Below are positions 47,949-49,280 of a DNA stretch of 49,280 bases, in pieces; positions within the stretch are counted from its first letter, which is position 1, and each line of letters opens with the position of its first letter. Location: contig CACWLT010000001.1 in NCBI GenBank assembly GCA_902761695.1, positions 1 through 49,280 of the forward strand. Direction: 5' to 3'. This DNA comes from an uncultured Ruminococcus sp. (GTDB lineage Bacteria > Bacillota > Clostridia > Oscillospirales > CAG-272). A program made the translations under genes and the position numbers. The notes beneath the pieces are model-generated. The model made no database searches and was not told where the DNA came from. It saw only the letters and a list, made by a program, of their open reading frames with translations.

Positions 47949-48965
47949 ATGAGCTATCAGCAGTACGTACCCTATACTCCGGACGCGGGCCGCTACGACG
48001 GCAGAATGCCCTACCGCAGATGCGGCAAGAGCGGATTGAAGCTCCCCGCCATCTCCCTCGGCCTCTGGCACAACTTCGGCGACATCACCCCCTTCGGCGT
48101 CCAGCAGGGGATTCTGCGCGCGGCATTCGACTGCGGCATCACCCACTTTGACCTGGCCAACAACTACGGCCCGCCCTACGGGGAGGCGGAGCGCAACTTC
48201 GGCGAGCACATGAAGCGCGACTGGAAGCCCTTCCGGGACGAGCTGGTGATTTCCACGAAGGCGGGCTACGACATGTGGAAGGGCCCCTACGGCAACGACG
48301 GATCGCGGAAATACCTCATTGCCTCCATCGACCAGTCCCTGAAACGGATGAACCTCGACTACGTGGACATCTTCTACCATCACCGCCCGGACGACGGCAC
48401 CCCCATCGAGGAGACCATGGGCGCGCTTTACGACATCGTGAAGAGCGGCAAGGCCCTGTATGCCGGGATCTCCAACTATAACCCGGAGCAAACCAAAAAG
48501 GCCGTCGCCTGCATGAAGGAGATGGGCATGCACATGCTGATCCATCAGCCCAACTACTCCATGTTCAACCGCTCCATCGAGCACGGTCTCACCGACGTGT
48601 GCCGGGAAGAGGGTGTCGGGATCATGGCGTTCGGGCCTCTCGCGGGCGGCAAGCTGACCGGACGGTACCTGAACGGCATCCCCGCTGATTCGAGAGCCGG
48701 TCATGACCCGCGCTTCCTCCGTCCCTCCGACATCAACGAGCAGCTGCTCGCCACCGTCCGGAAGCTCAACGAGATCGCCGTGGCCCGCGGGCAGTCCCTG
48801 GCGCAGCTGGCCCTGGTCTGGGCGCTGAGACTTCCCGAGGTCACCTCCGTCCTCATCGGCGCGTCCCGGGCGGAGCAGGTCCGGGAGAACGCGAAGGCCC
48901 TTGAGAACATGACCCTCACCGACGAAGAGCTGGCCGCCGTCGACGCGGTGCTGGCAAATCGATAA
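47949..48965 (+). CDS. aldo/keto reductase, YghZ/L-glyceraldehyde-3-phosphate-reductase-like
   Basis: 338 aa with RBS AAGGAG. YRRCGKSGLKLPAISLGLWHNFG...FDLANNYGPPYGEAE. Confidence 0.85.
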   Translation: MSYQQYVPYTPDAGRYDGRMPYRRCGKSGLKLPAISLGLWHNFGDITPFGVQQGILRAAFDCGITHFDLANNYGPPYGEAERNFGEHMKRDWKPFRDELVISTKAGYDMWKGPYGNDGSRKYLIASIDQSLKRMNLDYVDIFYHHRPDDGTPIEETMGALYDIVKSGKALYAGISNYNPEQTKKAVACMKEMGMHMLIHQPNYSMFNRSIEHGLTDVCREEGVGIMAFGPLAGGKLTGRYLNGIPADSRAGHDPRFLRPSDINEQLLATVRKLNEIAVARGQSLAQLALVWALRLPEVTSVLIGASRAEQVRENAKALENMTLTDEELAAVDAVLANR

Positions 48966-48989
48966 AGCAGACCGACCGCGCCTTCCCGC

Positions 48990-49040
48990 AAAAAACCTCC
49001 CGGCATCCTGCACCCAATGCGGATTCCGGGAGGTTTTATT
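48990..49040. terminator. Bidirectional terminator
   Basis: AAAAA-ACCTCCCGG (48995-49003) pairs with CCGGGAGGT (49026-49034), followed by TTTATT. Confidence 0.6.
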
Positions 49041-49082
49041 ATGGCGGACATGGATTCCCCTGCCTGCGGGACGGTTTATTTC

Positions 49083-49280
49083 AGTACTCAATCCCTCGTC
49101 TGGCGGCGATCCCGCGGTCGAAGGGGTGCTTTTCCTTGCGCATTTCCGTGGCGTAATCGGCCAGCTCCGTCAGCTCCGGTGCGGGATCCCTTCCGGTCAG
49201 CACGATCTCGCGCCGCTCCCCTTCCGTCCGAAGAAAATGCAGCACTGCCTCCCGGTCCAGGGCGCCGTACGCATAGGAGG
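49083..49280 (-). CDS. cobO: cob(I)yrinic acid a,c-diamide adenosyltransferase (CobO/BtuR type), C-terminal part; 5' end outside the window
   Basis: Reverse-strand translation ...SYAYGALDREAVLHFLRTEGERREIVLTGRDPAPELTELADYATEMRKEKHPFDRGIAARRGIEY* matches the conserved CobO C-terminus (TGR...ADxVTEM...KHP...G..AR.GIE). Confidence 0.7.

Overview
Visibly GC-rich chromosomal segment of Firmicutes/Clostridia type. This call is inferred from a ctsR-mcsA-mcsB-clpC operon, GGAGG ribosome-binding sites, near-consensus sigmaA promoters with 17-nt spacers, and lipoprotein solute-binding proteins. I support about 38 protein genes. Most are cytoplasmic glycan-degrading enzymes: two GH29 fucosidases, a GH2 beta-galactosidase, a GH38 alpha-mannosidase, a GH9-like enzyme, two Asp-box/BNR propellers and a beta-helix protein. 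The rest are two AraC + orphan solute-binding-protein modules, an MFS transporter, the class III heat-shock operon, a peptidoglycan-binding trio, an ExbB/ExbD/ExbD-like trio, a 779-aa XRE-HTH/coiled-coil/beta-helix-repeat protein, redox and acetyltransferase genes, and 3 tRNAs (Cys; Thr-Tyr). I saw no transposase, integrase, CRISPR array, restriction-modification or recognisable defence genes. The most unusual signal is non-coding. A family of hairpin-rich elements of about 200-470 nt occurs five times in the window: 391-598, 7160-7632, 10157-10380, 45130-45540 and 45600-45935. Differences between copies are compensatory in the stems, loop sequences are invariant, a terminator-like hairpin and an 18-20 bp palindrome sit at the 3' end, and two copies lie head-to-head. 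I cannot assign it to any RNA family by eye, so it is either a novel structured RNA or a structured mobile repeat. Start codons were re-picked from RBS context where the ORF track over-extends. All functional calls come from reading motifs in the translations, not from database searches.
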